Shown here piece after piece: positions 16,300-28,280 of a DNA stretch of 64,000 nucleotides (positions within the stretch are counted from its first letter, which is position 1; the number at the start of each line of letters is the position of its first letter). Below the pieces are notes generated by a model. The model did no database searches. It was not told the DNA's origin and saw nothing but the letters and a program-made list of their open reading frames with translations. Source of the stretch: an uncultured Desulfatitalea sp. (GTDB taxonomy: Bacteria; Desulfobacterota; Desulfobacteria; Desulfobacterales; Desulfosarcinaceae); assembly GCA_937868765.1 (NCBI GenBank), contig CALMNL010000004.1, positions 320,749 to 384,748 of the forward strand. Reading direction: 5' to 3'. The translations under genes and the position numbers were made by a program.

Positions 16300-18747
16300 C
16301 TAATTGATCGGCGCCCGTCCGTCCGGTTGGCTGCCGCCTGACGGCTGCATGGCGAACGGGACATCGTGCTTGTGGAACAAGGTTTCGCCTTCGGCCAGCA
16401 CCAGCGCGTGGGGCAGCACTTCGTCCATGTGCTCCACGCTGATGATCTCCAGCTGTTTGGAGATGGTGGCCGGAATGTCCTTGAGATCCTTTTCGTTCTC
16501 CTTGGGAATGATGATCTTCTTGATGCCGCCCCGGTGCGCGGCCAGAATCTTCTCCTTGAGCCCGCCGATGGGCAGCACCCGCCCACGCAGGGTGATCTCG
16601 CCGGTCATAGCCACTTCGCGCCGGGAGGGACGCCTGGTCAGCGCCGACACCACCGAAGTGCACATGGCGATACCCGCTGACGGGCCATCCTTGGGAATGG
16701 CGCCTTCGGGAATGTGAATGTGCAGATCTACCTTGCGGTGGAAGTGGGCATCGATGCCCAAATGTTCCGCCCGGGAACGCACGAAGCTGATGGCCGCCTG
16801 GGCCGACTCTTTCATCACATCGCCCAGCTTGCCGGTGACCGTCACCTGGCCGCGGCCGGGCATGGTCAGGGTTTCCACGAAGAGCAGCTCGCCGCCCACC
16901 TGGGTCCAGGCCATGCCGGTGGCCATGCCGATCTGATCCTTTTCTTCGATCTCGGTGCTGCGGAAGCGCGGCGGGCCCAAGTACTTTGACACAGCGCTCT
17001 CGGTAACGCGCACCAGCTTGTCGGTCTTGGTCTTGACCACGTGGCGCGCCACCTTGCGGCAGATGCTGGCGATCTCCCGCTCCAGGTTGCGCACACCCGA
17101 TTCGCGCGTGTAGCGGTTGATCACCATGTAAACCGCTTTTTCGGAAATGGCGATCTGCTCCGGTGTCAGGCCGTTGGCCTTGATCTGTTTGGGTACCAGG
17201 AACTTTTCGGCGATTTTATACTTCTCGTGCTCGGTATAGCCCGGCAGACGGATGATCTCCATGCGGTCCTGGAGCGGCAGCGGAATGTCCGGCAAGGTAT
17301 TGGCCGTGGTGATGAACAGGACCTCGGACAGGTCGTAATCCAAGTCCAGATAGTGGTCGTTGAAGGCGTAATTCTGCTCCGGATCCAATACTTCCAGCAG
17401 GGCCGCGCTCGGGTCGCCGCGGAAATCCATGCTCATCTTATCGACTTCGTCCAGGCAGAAGACCGGGTTGTTGGTGCCGGCCTTTTTGAGCGACTGGATG
17501 ATCTTGCCGGGCAGCGCGCCGATGTAGGTGCGCCGGTGGCCGCGGATTTCGGCTTCGTCGCGCACGCCGCCCAGCGACAGCCGCACGAAGCGGCGCCCCG
17601 TGGCGCGGGCCACCGAGCGGGCCAGCGAAGTCTTGCCCACGCCGGGAGGCCCGACCAGGCACAGGATCGGTCCGCGGATCTTTTTGACCAGGGCCTGCAC
17701 GGCCAGATACTCCAAGATGCGCTCTTTGGGCTTTTCCAGGCCGTAGTGGTCTTCGTCGAGAATGCGCTCGGCTTCGGTGATGTCGATATGCACCCGGCTA
17801 CGTTCGAACCAGGGCAGGCTGATGATCCACTCGATGTAGTTACGCACCACGGTGGCTTCGGCCGACATGGGCGTCATCAGCTTGAGCTTCTTGAACTCCT
17901 GCTGGGTTTTGGCACTGGCCTCCCGGGGCATGCGCTTGCGCTTGATGCGCTTTTCCAGCTCCTGAAGTTCGTCGGCGGCTTCGTCTTCGGCCCCCATCTC
18001 CTTTCGGATCGCGCGCATCTGCTCGTTGAGGTAGTAATTCTTCTGGGTCTTTTCCATCTGTTCCTTGACCCGCCCCTTGATGCGCTGATCCATGCGGTAG
18101 ACTTCCACCTCCAGGTTGATCAGCTCCACCAGCAGGCTGAGCCGCCGATCGATGGGCATGGCTTCCAGCAGGCGCTGCTTGTCTTCGATCTTGAAAGAGA
18201 AATGGGCGGCCACGGCGTCGGCCATGCGCCCCGGATCGGACATGGCGCCGATCTTGGCCACCAGATCCTTGGCGATGTTCTTATTGAGCTTGGCGTAAGC
18301 TTCGAAGCTGTCTTTCACCGATCGCATCAGGGCTTCGGCCTCGGCTTCGGAGGCGATCACGTCGGGGATGGGATCGAGCTCCACCTGGAAGTATTCCTCG
18401 CCCATGATGAAGCGCCGCACCCGGGCGCGGGTCTGGCCTTCGACCAGGGCCTTGACCGTGCCGTCGGGCAGACGAAGCAACTGCAGCACCGTACCGATGA
18501 CGCCTATGCGGTTGATGTCTTTTTCAGTGGGGTTGTCCACATTGGCGCTGCGTTGGGTGGATAGAAAAATATGCTTGTCCGTGGTGTTCATGGCGCTTGA
18601 AAGCGCGGCCACCGATTTGGGCCGCCCCACGAACAGGGGCGCCACCATCTGGGGAAACACCACGATATCGCGTACCGGCAGCAGCGGCATCGTCCTGCCG
18701 GCCGGCGGATCGTTATCGTTTTTGAAAAATCGAGTTATGCTAACCAT
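16300..18747 (-). CDS. lon: ATP-dependent protease Lon (La)
   Basis: 815 aa. LON N-domain, Walker [14 protein letters not shown], and protease domain [20 protein letters not shown] (catalytic Ser). AAGGA RBS. Confidence 0.9.
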   Translation of the reverse strand: MVSITRFFKNDNDPPAGRTMPLLPVRDIVVFPQMVAPLFVGRPKSVAALSSAMNTTDKHIFLSTQRSANVDNPTEKDINRIGVIGTVLQLLRLPDGTVKALVEGQTRARVRRFIMGEEYFQVELDPIPDVIASEAEAEALMRSVKDSFEAYAKLNKNIAKDLVAKIGAMSDPGRMADAVAAHFSFKIEDKQRLLEAMPIDRRLSLLVELINLEVEVYRMDQRIKGRVKEQMEKTQKNYYLNEQMRAIRKEMGAEDEAADELQELEKRIKRKRMPREASAKTQQEFKKLKLMTPMSAEATVVRNYIEWIISLPWFERSRVHIDITEAERILDEDHYGLEKPKERILEYLAVQALVKKIRGPILCLVGPPGVGKTSLARSVARATGRRFVRLSLGGVRDEAEIRGHRRTYIGALPGKIIQSLKKAGTNNPVFCLDEVDKMSMDFRGDPSAALLEVLDPEQNYAFNDHYLDLDYDLSEVLFITTANTLPDIPLPLQDRMEIIRLPGYTEHEKYKIAEKFLVPKQIKANGLTPEQIAISEKAVYMVINRYTRESGVRNLEREIASICRKVARHVVKTKTDKLVRVTESAVSKYLGPPRFRSTEIEEKDQIGMATGMAWTQVGGELLFVETLTMPGRGQVTVTGKLGDVMKESAQAAISFVRSRAEHLGIDAHFHRKVDLHIHIPEGAIPKDGPSAGIAMCTSVVSALTRRPSRREVAMTGEITLRGRVLPIGGLKEKILAAHRGGIKKIIIPKENEKDLKDIPATISKQLEIISVEHMDEVLPHALVLAEGETLFHKHDVPFAMQPSGGSQPDGRAPIN

Positions 18748-18863
18748 ATCCTTACGCCGGCAGCGCCGGCAGTCGTACCTCTTGAGGGTTATGGATCAAT
18801 TCAGGGTGTATTGGCGAAGCGCGCCGCCGGGCGATATCCGCTCAGCGGATACCGCCGCCGGGG

Positions 18864-20108
18864 TTAAGCCTGTTTCTTGGTCTGCTCGTAAAGCAGAATC
18901 GGATCTTCCTTGTGCAACACCACATCTTCGCTGATCACGCACTCTTTCACGTTTTCGATGGAAGGAATCTCGTACATGATGTCCAGCATGCAATCTTCCA
19001 GGATCGCCCGCAGGCCGCGCGCGCCCGATTTGCGCTTGATTGCCTGGTCGGCCACGGCCGCCAGGGCGCTGTCGGTGAGGCGCAGGTTGACCCCTTCCAC
19101 CTCGAACAGCTTCTGGTACTGTTTGACCAGGGCGTTTTTCGGTTCGGTCAGGATCCGCACCAGGGTCTTGGCGCTCAACTCGTCCAGGGTGGCGATCACC
19201 GGCAGACGGCCGAGAAATTCGGGGATCATGCCGTATTTGATCAAATCCTCGGGCTTTACTTCCTTGAGGATCTCGCCCAGGGAAGACTCTTTCTCCTTGA
19301 TCACCTTGGCGCCGAAGCCCATGGTCTTGGACCCCAGGCGGCGCTTGACGATCTGCTCCAGACCGTTGAACGTTCCGCCGCAGATGAACAGGATGTTGGT
19401 GGTATCCACCTTGACGAAATCCTGCTGGGGATGCTTGCGCCCGCCCTTGGGCGGCACGCTGGCCAGGGTGCCCTCGATGATTTTGAGCAGCGCCTGCTGC
19501 ACGCCTTCACCGGAGACATCCCGGGTGATGGAGGGATTGTCCGATTTGCTGGCGATCTTGTCGATCTCGTCGATGTAGACGATGCCCCGCTTGGCCTTCT
19601 CCACGTCGTAATCGGCGTTCTGCAGCAGCGACAGGATGATGTTTTCCACATCCTCGCCCACGTAGCCGGCCTCGGTCAGACTGGTGGCATCGGCGATGGT
19701 GAACGGCACGTTCAGAAAGCGGGCCAGGGTCTGGGCCAGCAGCGTCTTGCCGCTGCCGGTGGGGCCGATGAGCAGGATGTTGCTCTTCTGGATCTCCACA
19801 TCGCTGGTGCTCAAGGCCGAATCGAGCCGCTTGTAGTGGTTGTACACCGCCACGGAGAGGATCTTCTTGGCGGTCTCCTGCTCGATGACGTACTCGTCCA
19901 ACCTGGCCTTGATCTCCTTGGGAATCATCAGATTGGAAAGCTCGCCGGCTTCCTTCTCCGATTCTTCCTCGATGATCTCGCTGCACAACTGGATGCACTC
20001 GTCGCAGATATAGACGGCCGGACCGGCGATGAGCTTTTTGACCTCTTTCTGGTTTTTTCCGCAGAACGAGCAGAAGAGGTTGTCGTTGGGATCGTCTTTT
20101 TTTGCCAT
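18864..20108 (-). CDS. clpX: ATP-dependent Clp protease ATP-binding subunit ClpX
   Basis: Zn-finger [26 protein letters not shown], Walker [12 protein letters not shown]-like loop. Confidence 0.9.
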   Translation of the reverse strand: MAKKDDPNDNLFCSFCGKNQKEVKKLIAGPAVYICDECIQLCSEIIEEESEKEAGELSNLMIPKEIKARLDEYVIEQETAKKILSVAVYNHYKRLDSALSTSDVEIQKSNILLIGPTGSGKTLLAQTLARFLNVPFTIADATSLTEAGYVGEDVENIILSLLQNADYDVEKAKRGIVYIDEIDKIASKSDNPSITRDVSGEGVQQALLKIIEGTLASVPPKGGRKHPQQDFVKVDTTNILFICGGTFNGLEQIVKRRLGSKTMGFGAKVIKEKESSLGEILKEVKPEDLIKYGMIPEFLGRLPVIATLDELSAKTLVRILTEPKNALVKQYQKLFEVEGVNLRLTDSALAAVADQAIKRKSGARGLRAILEDCMLDIMYEIPSIENVKECVISEDVVLHKEDPILLYEQTKKQA

Positions 20109-20113
20109 GATAA

Positions 20114-20728
20114 TTACTTCTCCATCTTATCGATATGCTCCAGGTCGTCGCGGTTGCGGATGACATGGTCCACGATGCCGTAATCCCTGGCTTCGATACC
20201 GGATAAGAAATAGTCCCGGTCGGTGTCCCGCTGGATCTGGGCGAGGTCCCGGCCGGTATGCTCCTTGAGGATCTTGTTCAAGGTTTCTTTCATGCGCAGG
20301 ATCTCTTTGGCCTGGATTTCGATGTCCGAGGCCTGGCCCTGAAAACCGCCCATGGGCTGATGGATCATGATGCGCGAATTGGGCAGCGAATAGCGCTTCT
20401 TGGCCGTCCCGGCCGCCAGCAGCAGGGCGCCCATGCTGGCCGCCTGACCGATGCAGACGGTGGCGATGTCGGGCTTGATGTACTGCATGGTATCGTATAC
20501 CGCCAGGCCTGCGGTCACCACGCCGCCCGGGGAATTGATGTAAAAGTTGATATCCTTATCAGGATCTTCCGATTCCAGAAAAAGCAACTGGGCGATCAGC
20601 AGGTTGGCCACCTCGTCGTTGATGGCCGTTCCCAGGAAGATGATGCGGTCTTTGAGCAGCCGGGAATAAATGTCGTAAGCCCGTTCGCCGCGACTGGTTT
20701 GGTCGATGACCATTGGGATCACTGGCAC
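20114..20728 (-). CDS. clpP: ATP-dependent Clp protease proteolytic subunit ClpP
   Basis: GTG start with [43 protein letters not shown] (catalytic Ser), MIHQP (His). Confidence 0.85.
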   Translation of the reverse strand: MPVIPMVIDQTSRGERAYDIYSRLLKDRIIFLGTAINDEVANLLIAQLLFLESEDPDKDINFYINSPGGVVTAGLAVYDTMQYIKPDIATVCIGQAASMGALLLAAGTAKKRYSLPNSRIMIHQPMGGFQGQASDIEIQAKEILRMKETLNKILKEHTGRDLAQIQRDTDRDYFLSGIEARDYGIVDHVIRNRDDLEHIDKMEK

Positions 20729-20878
20729 GATGTAACTCCTTTGAATATGAATGGTTGAATCGCCCGCGCGGAACCGCACCGGTTCGAGCCGCCTTGTAAA
20801 GGCCCAAACCGATTATATCGCCTCTGGCTTAGATATCAATAGCGCTTATTGGCCCGCATCCTTTGCGGGCAGGCGGCA

Positions 20879-22189
20879 TTATTTTTCGGTTACCGACGCA
20901 GCCTCTTTAATATTGCTGTTCTCTATGATAATCCGCAATGCCTTCTTTTCAAGCAACGTGTGTTTAAAAAAGGCCAGGTTGTCCTTGTCTTGATTGTAAA
21001 ACGCCTTGATGGTGGCGATGGGCTGGCGGAAGTTGTCGGCCATTTCCTGCAGGCCCTTTTCCAACTCCGCATCGCTCAATTCGAGTTTTTCCTGATCGAT
21101 GATCTTGGACAGGATCAGGTGCCGTCGCACCTGCTTTTCAGCCACCGGCCGATACTTTTCGGACAACACCGTGCGGTTGAGGCCCACCTCCTCCAAGGAA
21201 CGGTTATTGTTGGCAAAGGACCGCTCGGCATCGCTGAGGATATGTTCCAATTCGCTGTCCACCATCGTATCGGGCACTTCAAATTCGGTCTGCTCCAGCA
21301 ATTTCTGGAAAATCTGCTCATTGAGCTCCTGTTCCATGCGCTTTTCGTAACCGCCGACCAGGTTTTCGCGGATCTTGGTCTTTAGGGCATCCAGCGATTC
21401 GAACTGGTCGTTGAGATTTTTTGCGAATTGATCGTCCAGGGGCGGTAGAATCTCCTCGCGGATTTCGTTGAGGGTGACCTTAAACTGGATCTGCTGCCCG
21501 GCCAGGTCCTTGCTGAAATAGTCATCGGGAAAGGTAACGTCGATCTCCTTGAACTCCCCCGGCTTCATTCCCACCAGGCCTTCGTCCAGGTCCTTGACCA
21601 CCCGGCCCTCGCCCAGCTTGACGATGAAATTTTCGGTCTTCTGGGTCGCCTCGTGGGGTTGGCCGTCCTTGTACCCTTCGTAGTCGATCACGGCCACATC
21701 CCCAGTCTGCACGGGCCGGTCGGTCTCGACCTTTTTCTGCTGGGCCAGGTTGCGCTGCATCATCTTGAGCTGCAGATCGATCTCGTCGTCGCTGACCGCG
21801 TATTTGCTCTTGGTCAACTCAAAACCCTTGATCTGGATGTCGGCGATCTCGGGCCGCACTTCCACGGCGGCATCAAAGAGATAAGCGCTCTTTTCCTTGA
21901 GTTCTGGTGGATCCACCTTGGGGGAGCCCACGATCTGCAGATTGGTCTCCTTCAGGGCATGCAGAAACCCTTCCTGGATCAACTTCCCGGTGACATCGGC
22001 CCGCACATCCTTGCCGTAGATGCGCTCCAATACCGCACGGGGCGCCTTGCCGGGGCGAAAGCCTTTTATCTTGGCGGTCTTTTTGAGTTCGCCGTAGGCG
22101 CTTTCGACTTCCCGCGTCACCACCTCGGGGGGCACTTCGATATGCAACACTTTTTTGACACTGCTCTGATTCTCAACCGTCACTTTCAT
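20879..22189 (-). CDS. tig: Trigger factor (ribosome-associated PPIase chaperone)
   Basis: MKVTVENQSSVKKVLHIEVPPE...GFRPGKAPRAVLERIYG is the canonical TF N-terminus. 436 aa. Confidence 0.9.
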   Translation of the reverse strand: MKVTVENQSSVKKVLHIEVPPEVVTREVESAYGELKKTAKIKGFRPGKAPRAVLERIYGKDVRADVTGKLIQEGFLHALKETNLQIVGSPKVDPPELKEKSAYLFDAAVEVRPEIADIQIKGFELTKSKYAVSDDEIDLQLKMMQRNLAQQKKVETDRPVQTGDVAVIDYEGYKDGQPHEATQKTENFIVKLGEGRVVKDLDEGLVGMKPGEFKEIDVTFPDDYFSKDLAGQQIQFKVTLNEIREEILPPLDDQFAKNLNDQFESLDALKTKIRENLVGGYEKRMEQELNEQIFQKLLEQTEFEVPDTMVDSELEHILSDAERSFANNNRSLEEVGLNRTVLSEKYRPVAEKQVRRHLILSKIIDQEKLELSDAELEKGLQEMADNFRQPIATIKAFYNQDKDNLAFFKHTLLEKKALRIIIENSNIKEAASVTEK

Positions 22190-22434
22190 CGCGAAGTTAC
22201 CTTTCTATACCAATAATAAAGTGCCCCGGGCCAATGGTCTCAAGGCACTTGCACTTTTCGCTCCACCCTTTCATCCGCCATCCCTGAATTCGTCTAACAG
22301 CCTAAGATTAAAACGAAAACATGAAGATGGTTCACCCCCATCACCCGCCGAAGACATGGCGTGGGTGAGCTTACGCCGGCTGCGACGCTTATTGACAACC
22401 ACCGTTAGCAGGCTTGGTGGATGGATGGTTCCAT

Positions 22435-22521
22435 TGGTGCGAGAGGGGAGACTTGAACTCCCACTCTGTCGCCAGAGCTGGATCCTAAGTCCAGTGCGTC
22501 TACCAATTCCGCCACTCTCGC
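22435..22521 (-). tRNA. tRNA-Leu (TAG), long variable arm, CCA encoded
   Basis: Reverse complement GCGAGAGTGGCGGAATTGGTAGACGCACTGGACTTAGGATCCAGCTCTGGCGACAGAGTGGGAGTTCAAGTCTCCCCTCTCGCACCA. Confidence 0.85.
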
Positions 22522-22657
22522 AGATTACAGGGTCAAGACCCGATTTATGTGCTTGACTTTCAAACCTTTTCAACTAAACTGCCTTTTTAAAGGAAATTTA
22601 GTTAATATTAAACCACTTGGGTGTCAAGCGAAATAACCCGCCCGAAGGGCTCTCCAG

Positions 22658-23389
22658 ATGGCCCTGCGCCTACCTATTATATATATTCTGACGGCATTTC
22701 TGGCCCTGGCCGGAAGCCTGGCATGGGCGGGACCGACCGAACCGCCGCACAGTACACCCAGTGTCATTGCCCTTGATCCGGGACACGGCGGAAAACAGAT
22801 CGGCGCCCGCGGTCCCCAGGGTACCCTGGAAAAAGAGATCTGCATGGCCCTGGCGGGGCGCCTGGCCTTGTTGCTCGAACCGGACTTTCGCGTGGTTCTC
22901 ACCCGGGGGGACGACTATGACGTCCCGCTCATGGAACGCACCGGCGTGGCCAACCACCAGCGCGCCGATCTATTCGTCAGCCTGCACATGGCCGCCGGAT
23001 TCGCGCCGGCCGCAGACGGCATCACCATCTATACCTTCAAGCCCGCAAACCCCAAAGCGATAGAGCGGGAGATAGCCTCCGCGAGCACTTCGGGAGCGGT
23101 CGCCTGGCATCGGGCCCAAATCCCGCATGCCGCCGCGAGCCGCGATCTGGCCGTTCGATTCCAGCAGCAGTTCGAAGCCATGCCCGGGGCGCCGCCGGTG
23201 CGCACCGCCCAAGCCCCCCTGCTGGTGCTGACAGGCGCCCAGATGCCGGCCGTGCTCATCGAGGTGGGGAACCTGAAACACGCGGCCGCCGAGTCGCGCC
23301 TCAACACGCCCGAAGGCCAATCCCTTTATGTTCAGGCCATGGCCCGGGCCATCGACAGCTTCCTGGCCTCCCGGCGCAGCCCCCAATGA
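22658..23389 (+). CDS. N-acetylmuramoyl-L-alanine amidase (Amidase_3, AmiC-like) with signal peptide
   Basis: IALDPGHGG (Zn-binding H), ...E..., DLFVSLHMAA (second His), signal peptide MALRLPIIYILTAFLALAGSLAWA. Candidate promoter TTGACT-16-TAAACT at about 22550-22585. Confidence 0.75.
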   Translation: MALRLPIIYILTAFLALAGSLAWAGPTEPPHSTPSVIALDPGHGGKQIGARGPQGTLEKEICMALAGRLALLLEPDFRVVLTRGDDYDVPLMERTGVANHQRADLFVSLHMAAGFAPAADGITIYTFKPANPKAIEREIASASTSGAVAWHRAQIPHAAASRDLAVRFQQQFEAMPGAPPVRTAQAPLLVLTGAQMPAVLIEVGNLKHAAAESRLNTPEGQSLYVQAMARAIDSFLASRRSPQ

Positions 23390-23485
23390 TCCGGCGCCCC
23401 GGCCGGCCATCCCGCCTGGCTGTGACAGCAGATTTGCCAACGCTCTTGCGTCCATGGGGTGGGCATGGTATGCAGCCAGCCTGAT

Positions 23486-23563
<78 letters not shown>

Positions 23564-23581
23564 TCATATCAAGGAGTTAGA

Positions 23582-23607
23582 CGGCATCTGGGGATGCCGT
23601 TTTTTTT
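23582..23607 (+). terminator. Rho-independent terminator after tRNA-Pro (GGCATCtggggaTGCCGT plus T8)
   Basis: Hairpin 23582-23600, then TTTTTTTT at 23601-23608. Confidence 0.6.
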
Positions 23608-23698
23608 GGGGCTGACCATGGGCACGAATAGTCGGGCATGCCTTCCATTCTGTCCCGGAACTCTTTTCGAAAATCGGGTCCGCCCAAAATAAGGCCCA

Positions 23699-25636
23699 TC
23701 AGATCCCCAGGCGGACCCCCACCTCGATCACCTGCTCGGGCGGAATTCGGAAAAATGAGGTGGCATCGGCTGCGTTGCGGGACATGAACAGGAATAGGTT
23801 CGCGCGCCAGCGGGCCATGCTGGATGGTTCGGCGATCACCAGGTTTTCACGCCCGATATAAAAACTGGCTGTCTGGGGGTCCAGGTCCAGACCTTGCCCC
23901 TGGGCCAGGGAAAACACCGTGTTGAAACCAGGGTCTTCCATGAAGCCATAGCGGGCTGTGACACGATAAAACCCTCCGCCCAATTTTTCCGTCTGGATCT
24001 TTTCCAGATTCGGGACCCGGGGAACATCTTCGACCCTGAAATTCAGCAGAACGGTTCGGTTGTGCACCACATGATTGTGTTTGACGTTTTTGACCAGGGC
24101 CACCGGCACGGCACTCGGGTTCCCCGTTAAAAAAACCGCGTCTCCCTCGATCTTGTTGGGTGGATGGCTGCTCAGATCGACGATGAATTGATGAACGGGC
24201 GGCATGATTTTTCGCAGATTCCCGGCCAGCACGCGGCGGCCCTTGGCCCAGGTGAGCATCAAGGTAAAGAAGGCCGCGCCGATGACCAGGGGAAACCATG
24301 CGCCGTGAAGGATTTTGCTCAGATTGGCCAAGAAGAAGGGCACGTCCACCAGCAAAAAAAGCCCTGTCAGCGGTGCCGCCCACCCCAGCGGCCACTGCCA
24401 TCGTTGCCGGGCCACAATGAAAAAAAGCACGGAGGTAATCATCATCGTGGAAGTGACGGCCACGCCGTAGGCGGCCGCAAGTTTACTGGAAGTCTGAAAG
24501 CCGGCCACCAGGGTGATTGTGCAGACCATCAGCATCCAGTTGACCGGGGCCACATAGATCTGGCCGATCTGACGTGCCGATGTGTGCCGGATGTTCAAGC
24601 GAGGCAGATACCCCAGCTGAATGGCCTGGCGGGTCATCGAGAATGCGCCGCTGATCACCGCCTGGGAGGCGATGATGGTGGCCAGGGTGGCCAGCAGCAC
24701 CGTGGGAATCAGCGCCCAGGAGGGCACCATGGCGTAAAATGGATGAGTTGCGGCTTCCGGATGTGCCAGCAATAGGGCGCCCTGACCATAATAGTTCAAG
24801 AGCAGCGCCGGCAGTACGAGGCCGAACCAGGTTAAGCGAATAGGACGGGTACCGAAATGCCCCATATCCGCGTAAAGCGCCTCTGTGCCGGTAACCACCA
24901 GAAAAACGGCCCCCAACACCACGAACCCATGCAGTTTGTTGAATATCAAAAACTGGAACGCATACCAGGGTGAAACGGCCATCAGCACCTGAGGGTTGCG
25001 CGCCACCTGCACCGCGCCCATAACGGCCAGGAAACAAATCCAGACCAGGATCACAGGTCCGAAAAGCCCGCCCACGCGGGCCGTCCCATGTCGCTGGATC
25101 ATAAAGAGTCCGATGAGAATGGCAACGGTGATGGGAATGATATAGGGATCAAACACGGGTGTGATGATGCCGACCCCTTCCACGGCGCTCAAGACGGAAA
25201 TGGCAGGTGTGATCATGCCATCCCCATAAAGCAGGCAGGCCGCAAAGAGGCCCAAGGCCACAGCGCCCAAAAAGCGCCGGTTGGCGGGCGGGCCGCCCTG
25301 GCCGCGAATCAGGGCGGTCAGGGCGATGACGCCTCCCTCCCCGTGGTTATCGGCCCGAAAGACGAACAGCAGGTATTTCACGCCGACAATCAATGTCAGG
25401 GCCCAAAACATCAGGGAAAGTATTCCCAAGACATTGGTATGTGTCACCTGGATCCCGTATTCGCCATGGAAACATTCGCGTATGGCGTAGATGGGACTGG
25501 TGGCGATATCACCGAAAACCACCCCCAAGGCGGCGAGGGAAAGCTGCGCCAGGCGGCTTTCAATTTTGGGTTGTGCGTATTGATTCTGCGCTTTTTTGAC
25601 CGTTTCCGTATCTGCCCCGGTGGTGGCATTGGGCAT
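23699..25636 (-). CDS. kup: KUP/HAK/KT potassium uptake transporter
   Basis: MPNATTG... GVVFGDIATSPIYAIRE is the Kup signature. 12 TM helices plus a cytosolic C-terminus. GAGGAGG RBS. Confidence 0.85.
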   Translation of the reverse strand: MPNATTGADTETVKKAQNQYAQPKIESRLAQLSLAALGVVFGDIATSPIYAIRECFHGEYGIQVTHTNVLGILSLMFWALTLIVGVKYLLFVFRADNHGEGGVIALTALIRGQGGPPANRRFLGAVALGLFAACLLYGDGMITPAISVLSAVEGVGIITPVFDPYIIPITVAILIGLFMIQRHGTARVGGLFGPVILVWICFLAVMGAVQVARNPQVLMAVSPWYAFQFLIFNKLHGFVVLGAVFLVVTGTEALYADMGHFGTRPIRLTWFGLVLPALLLNYYGQGALLLAHPEAATHPFYAMVPSWALIPTVLLATLATIIASQAVISGAFSMTRQAIQLGYLPRLNIRHTSARQIGQIYVAPVNWMLMVCTITLVAGFQTSSKLAAAYGVAVTSTMMITSVLFFIVARQRWQWPLGWAAPLTGLFLLVDVPFFLANLSKILHGAWFPLVIGAAFFTLMLTWAKGRRVLAGNLRKIMPPVHQFIVDLSSHPPNKIEGDAVFLTGNPSAVPVALVKNVKHNHVVHNRTVLLNFRVEDVPRVPNLEKIQTEKLGGGFYRVTARYGFMEDPGFNTVFSLAQGQGLDLDPQTASFYIGRENLVIAEPSSMARWRANLFLFMSRNAADATSFFRIPPEQVIEVGVRLGI

Positions 25637-26106
25637 GCGCTGCGTCCTCCTCGATTGGATTGCCTTCAGGCAGTTTCCATCCGGAAATGCTAAAAATAGA
25701 TACACGCCTTTTTTAAAGCGACTATGTCAAAGATGCGACTGCATTTCAATGCCCGCGCCCATACAGCATGCGGTCGCGCCACCCCCGCCGGAGTCCGGCC
25801 ACCTTGCGCCATTCATTGGAGTACCCCTTTCTATTCGAAAAAACGCCGACCCTGAACCTTCCATTTTATAGCTTTAGGAGAACGACATCATCGTTCAAGC
25901 CTGCAGCGGCGAGGCGATGCCCTGGCGCAATGTGCCCGGAGCATCCAGGCGTGCCCGCTTTGGCATGCGCAGCCGGTGTCATATCTCTTCTTTTGCAAAA
26001 CCCACATCTATTGTATGAGGAAGGTTTTGAAGAATACACGCTCTGGCGCGCGCCCCTGTTTGGTGCCTGGTGCCGGCGGGGCGAGATGCAACGGGAATGA
26101 AATGTC

Positions 26107-26868
26107 ATGAGCGAACGCGTCTGGAAAGAACAGTTTCCTATTCACACCCACGAAGCGGACACCAACGGCCTGGCCCGGTTAGATGCCATGTTCTGCTATT
26201 TTCAGGAAGCGGCCGGGCATCATGCCAGCAATCTGGGCGTGGGGATAGAGGATCTGGGGCGCAAGGGATGCTTCTGGGTGCTATCTCGCTGCTGGATGCA
26301 GATCGATCGGTATCCCGCTTGGGGTCAGAAGATCACGGTGCGGACCTGGCCCCGGTCGGTCGAGCGACTCTTTGCGCTGCGCGACCTCCAGTTTATTTCG
26401 GAGCAGGGCGAGATGCTCGGCACCGGCGTTTCGGCCTGGCTGATCCTGAGCCAGGACAAGCATCGCCTGACGCGGCCCGGGCCCATCATGCAGGGCGTGC
26501 CCCCCACCGAAGAGCCGGCCATGCCCGGAGACATCCTTTCCAAGCAGGCCAATGCGACGGCGCTGTCGGACCTGCGCCGTTTCAATGTGCGCTATTCCGA
26601 TCTGGACACCAACCGGCACGTGAACAACGCAGCTTACGTGCGCTGGATCCTGGACAGCTTCGGCGAAGAAAAACACGATCGATACCAGATCGGCGCCATC
26701 CGCATCGACTATCTATCGGAAACCGTCCTGGGCGAGCGCATCGACGTACAGGCCCAGTCCGAGGAACCCGACGGCGGCCAAGTCATCGTCGGCGTGCGCC
26801 CCGAGGGGGCTCAGCCGGTGTTTCTGGCCCGGGTCGGCTGGCGGGAGCGACCGGTCGCGGCCGCCTGA
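26107..26868 (+). CDS. Acyl-ACP thioesterase (FatA/FatB-like, double hot-dog)
   Basis: Acyl-ACP thioesterase family motifs such as DTNRHVNNAAYVRW. Paired divergently with fabH. Confidence 0.7.
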   Translation: MSERVWKEQFPIHTHEADTNGLARLDAMFCYFQEAAGHHASNLGVGIEDLGRKGCFWVLSRCWMQIDRYPAWGQKITVRTWPRSVERLFALRDLQFISEQGEMLGTGVSAWLILSQDKHRLTRPGPIMQGVPPTEEPAMPGDILSKQANATALSDLRRFNVRYSDLDTNRHVNNAAYVRWILDSFGEEKHDRYQIGAIRIDYLSETVLGERIDVQAQSEEPDGGQVIVGVRPEGAQPVFLARVGWRERPVAAA

Positions 26869-26914
26869 ACCTTTGCCCAAACCGACCCGCTCACAGGCCG
26901 TTGAAGATCAAAAA

Positions 26915-27925
26915 TCAGGATGGAATCCGGTAAAGCACCGCACCCCAGGTGACGCCGGCACCCAGCCCCAGAAACATGATCGTGTTGCCCGGGCCGATAA
27001 TCCCTTTTTCGAGGGCTTCGTCGAAAGCCAGGGGGATGCTCGCGGCCGTGGTGTTCCCGTAGCGCTGGATGTTGTGGTAGACCTTCTCGTCCGGCAGTTC
27101 CATGGCTTTGGCGAACGCCTGGTTGATCCGCATGTTGGCCTGGTGGGGGATGAACAGGTCCACCGCCGACAGGGGCAGATCCGCTTTCTTCAGGACCTCT
27201 GCGGTCACCTCGGGCAGGCGGCGCACCGCGTATTTGAAAATATTGCGACCGTCCATCACGGGATATTGCCTGCCTTCCCGCACCATCTCTTCGCTGATGC
27301 GCGGATTGTCTTTGGAGGCCGGGGCATAGGCCATCAGGCTTTCGGCCAGGGAGCCGTCGGCATGCAGGCAAGAGGCCAGGATTCCGGCCTTTTCCTCGCT
27401 CTCCATGGGTTCGATACAGACCGCGGCTGCGCCGTCGCCGAAGATCACGGCAACGTCCCGGCCCCGGGTGGAGATGTCCAGTCCGGTGCTGTGCACTTCG
27501 GAGCCCACCAGCAGGATCCGTTTGGCCATGCCGCTGCGGATGTAGGCATCGGCGGTGGCCATGCCGTAGAGAAAACCGGTGCATTGCTGGCGGATATCCA
27601 GCGCCGGCGTGGTCGTCAGCCCCATTTTATGGGCCAACAGGCATCCCGAGCCCGGGAAAAACAGGTCGGGGCTCAGGGTGGCGAAAATGATCAGGTCCAG
27701 GTCCTCGGGCTTCCAGCCGGCCCGCGCCATGGCGATCTTGGACGCTTCCAGACCCAGATCGGAAGCACCGACGCCCCCCTCCTCGGGAATCCAGTATCGC
27801 TGTTCAATCCCTGTACGCTGCTGAATCCATTCGTCGGAGGTCTCCATCCAGCGGGTCATGTCTTGGTTGGTGACACACCGTGATGGAACATATCGTCCAG
27901 TTCCCTTGATAACAGAATTTTTCAT
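26915..27925 (-). CDS. fabH: 3-oxoacyl-ACP synthase III (FabH)
   Basis: Active Cys QQCTGFLYG, His PHQAN, Asn GNTTAASIP. 336 aa. Confidence 0.85.
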   Translation of the reverse strand: MKNSVIKGTGRYVPSRCVTNQDMTRWMETSDEWIQQRTGIEQRYWIPEEGGVGASDLGLEASKIAMARAGWKPEDLDLIIFATLSPDLFFPGSGCLLAHKMGLTTTPALDIRQQCTGFLYGMATADAYIRSGMAKRILLVGSEVHSTGLDISTRGRDVAVIFGDGAAAVCIEPMESEEKAGILASCLHADGSLAESLMAYAPASKDNPRISEEMVREGRQYPVMDGRNIFKYAVRRLPEVTAEVLKKADLPLSAVDLFIPHQANMRINQAFAKAMELPDEKVYHNIQRYGNTTAASIPLAFDEALEKGIIGPGNTIMFLGLGAGVTWGAVLYRIPS

Positions 27926-28280
27926 AATGATTCTATTCCTTTATACAGTAGTAACAATTTGTCAACCAGCTTCAGGCAACAGGACATATAAACATATTTT
28001 AGAAAATGAACAAGATTTAACCACGCCTCCCGAAGACGAAACCGACCCCTTGGCCGCAAAAATTCAAAAAGTTGCCTTTATATGATTTTTTTAAGAATTC
28101 AAAGGGGGGAGACGGTTTGGATCGGTATCGGCGTCCGAGCGAACGATGCGGCGCTTCTGGATGGAATCGAACTAACCCTGGAAAATCGTGGGCCGTTCGA
28201 TGATCATTGCGTTAGAGGCCATGCCGCGGGCCCAAGGGAGGCTTCACCCGGTGGCATTCAACGGTCTGCGCCATTTCGGC

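Noticed and set aside
18748-18863. Inverted repeat ATCCGCTCAGCGGAT between clpX and lon, considered as a CIRCE/HrcA or sigma32 element
   Set aside because: It does not match CIRCE (TTAGCACTC-N9-GAGTGCTAA) or a convincing sigma32 -35/-10. It is more likely a weak attenuator or clpX terminator hairpin, and is left unannotated.
25637-26106. Possible K+-responsive (c-di-AMP/ydaO-type) riboswitch upstream of kup
   Set aside because: The region is a 470-bp divergent promoter zone. No recognisable ydaO-like conserved helices or ACGR motifs were seen. Kup in proteobacteria is not usually riboswitch-controlled.
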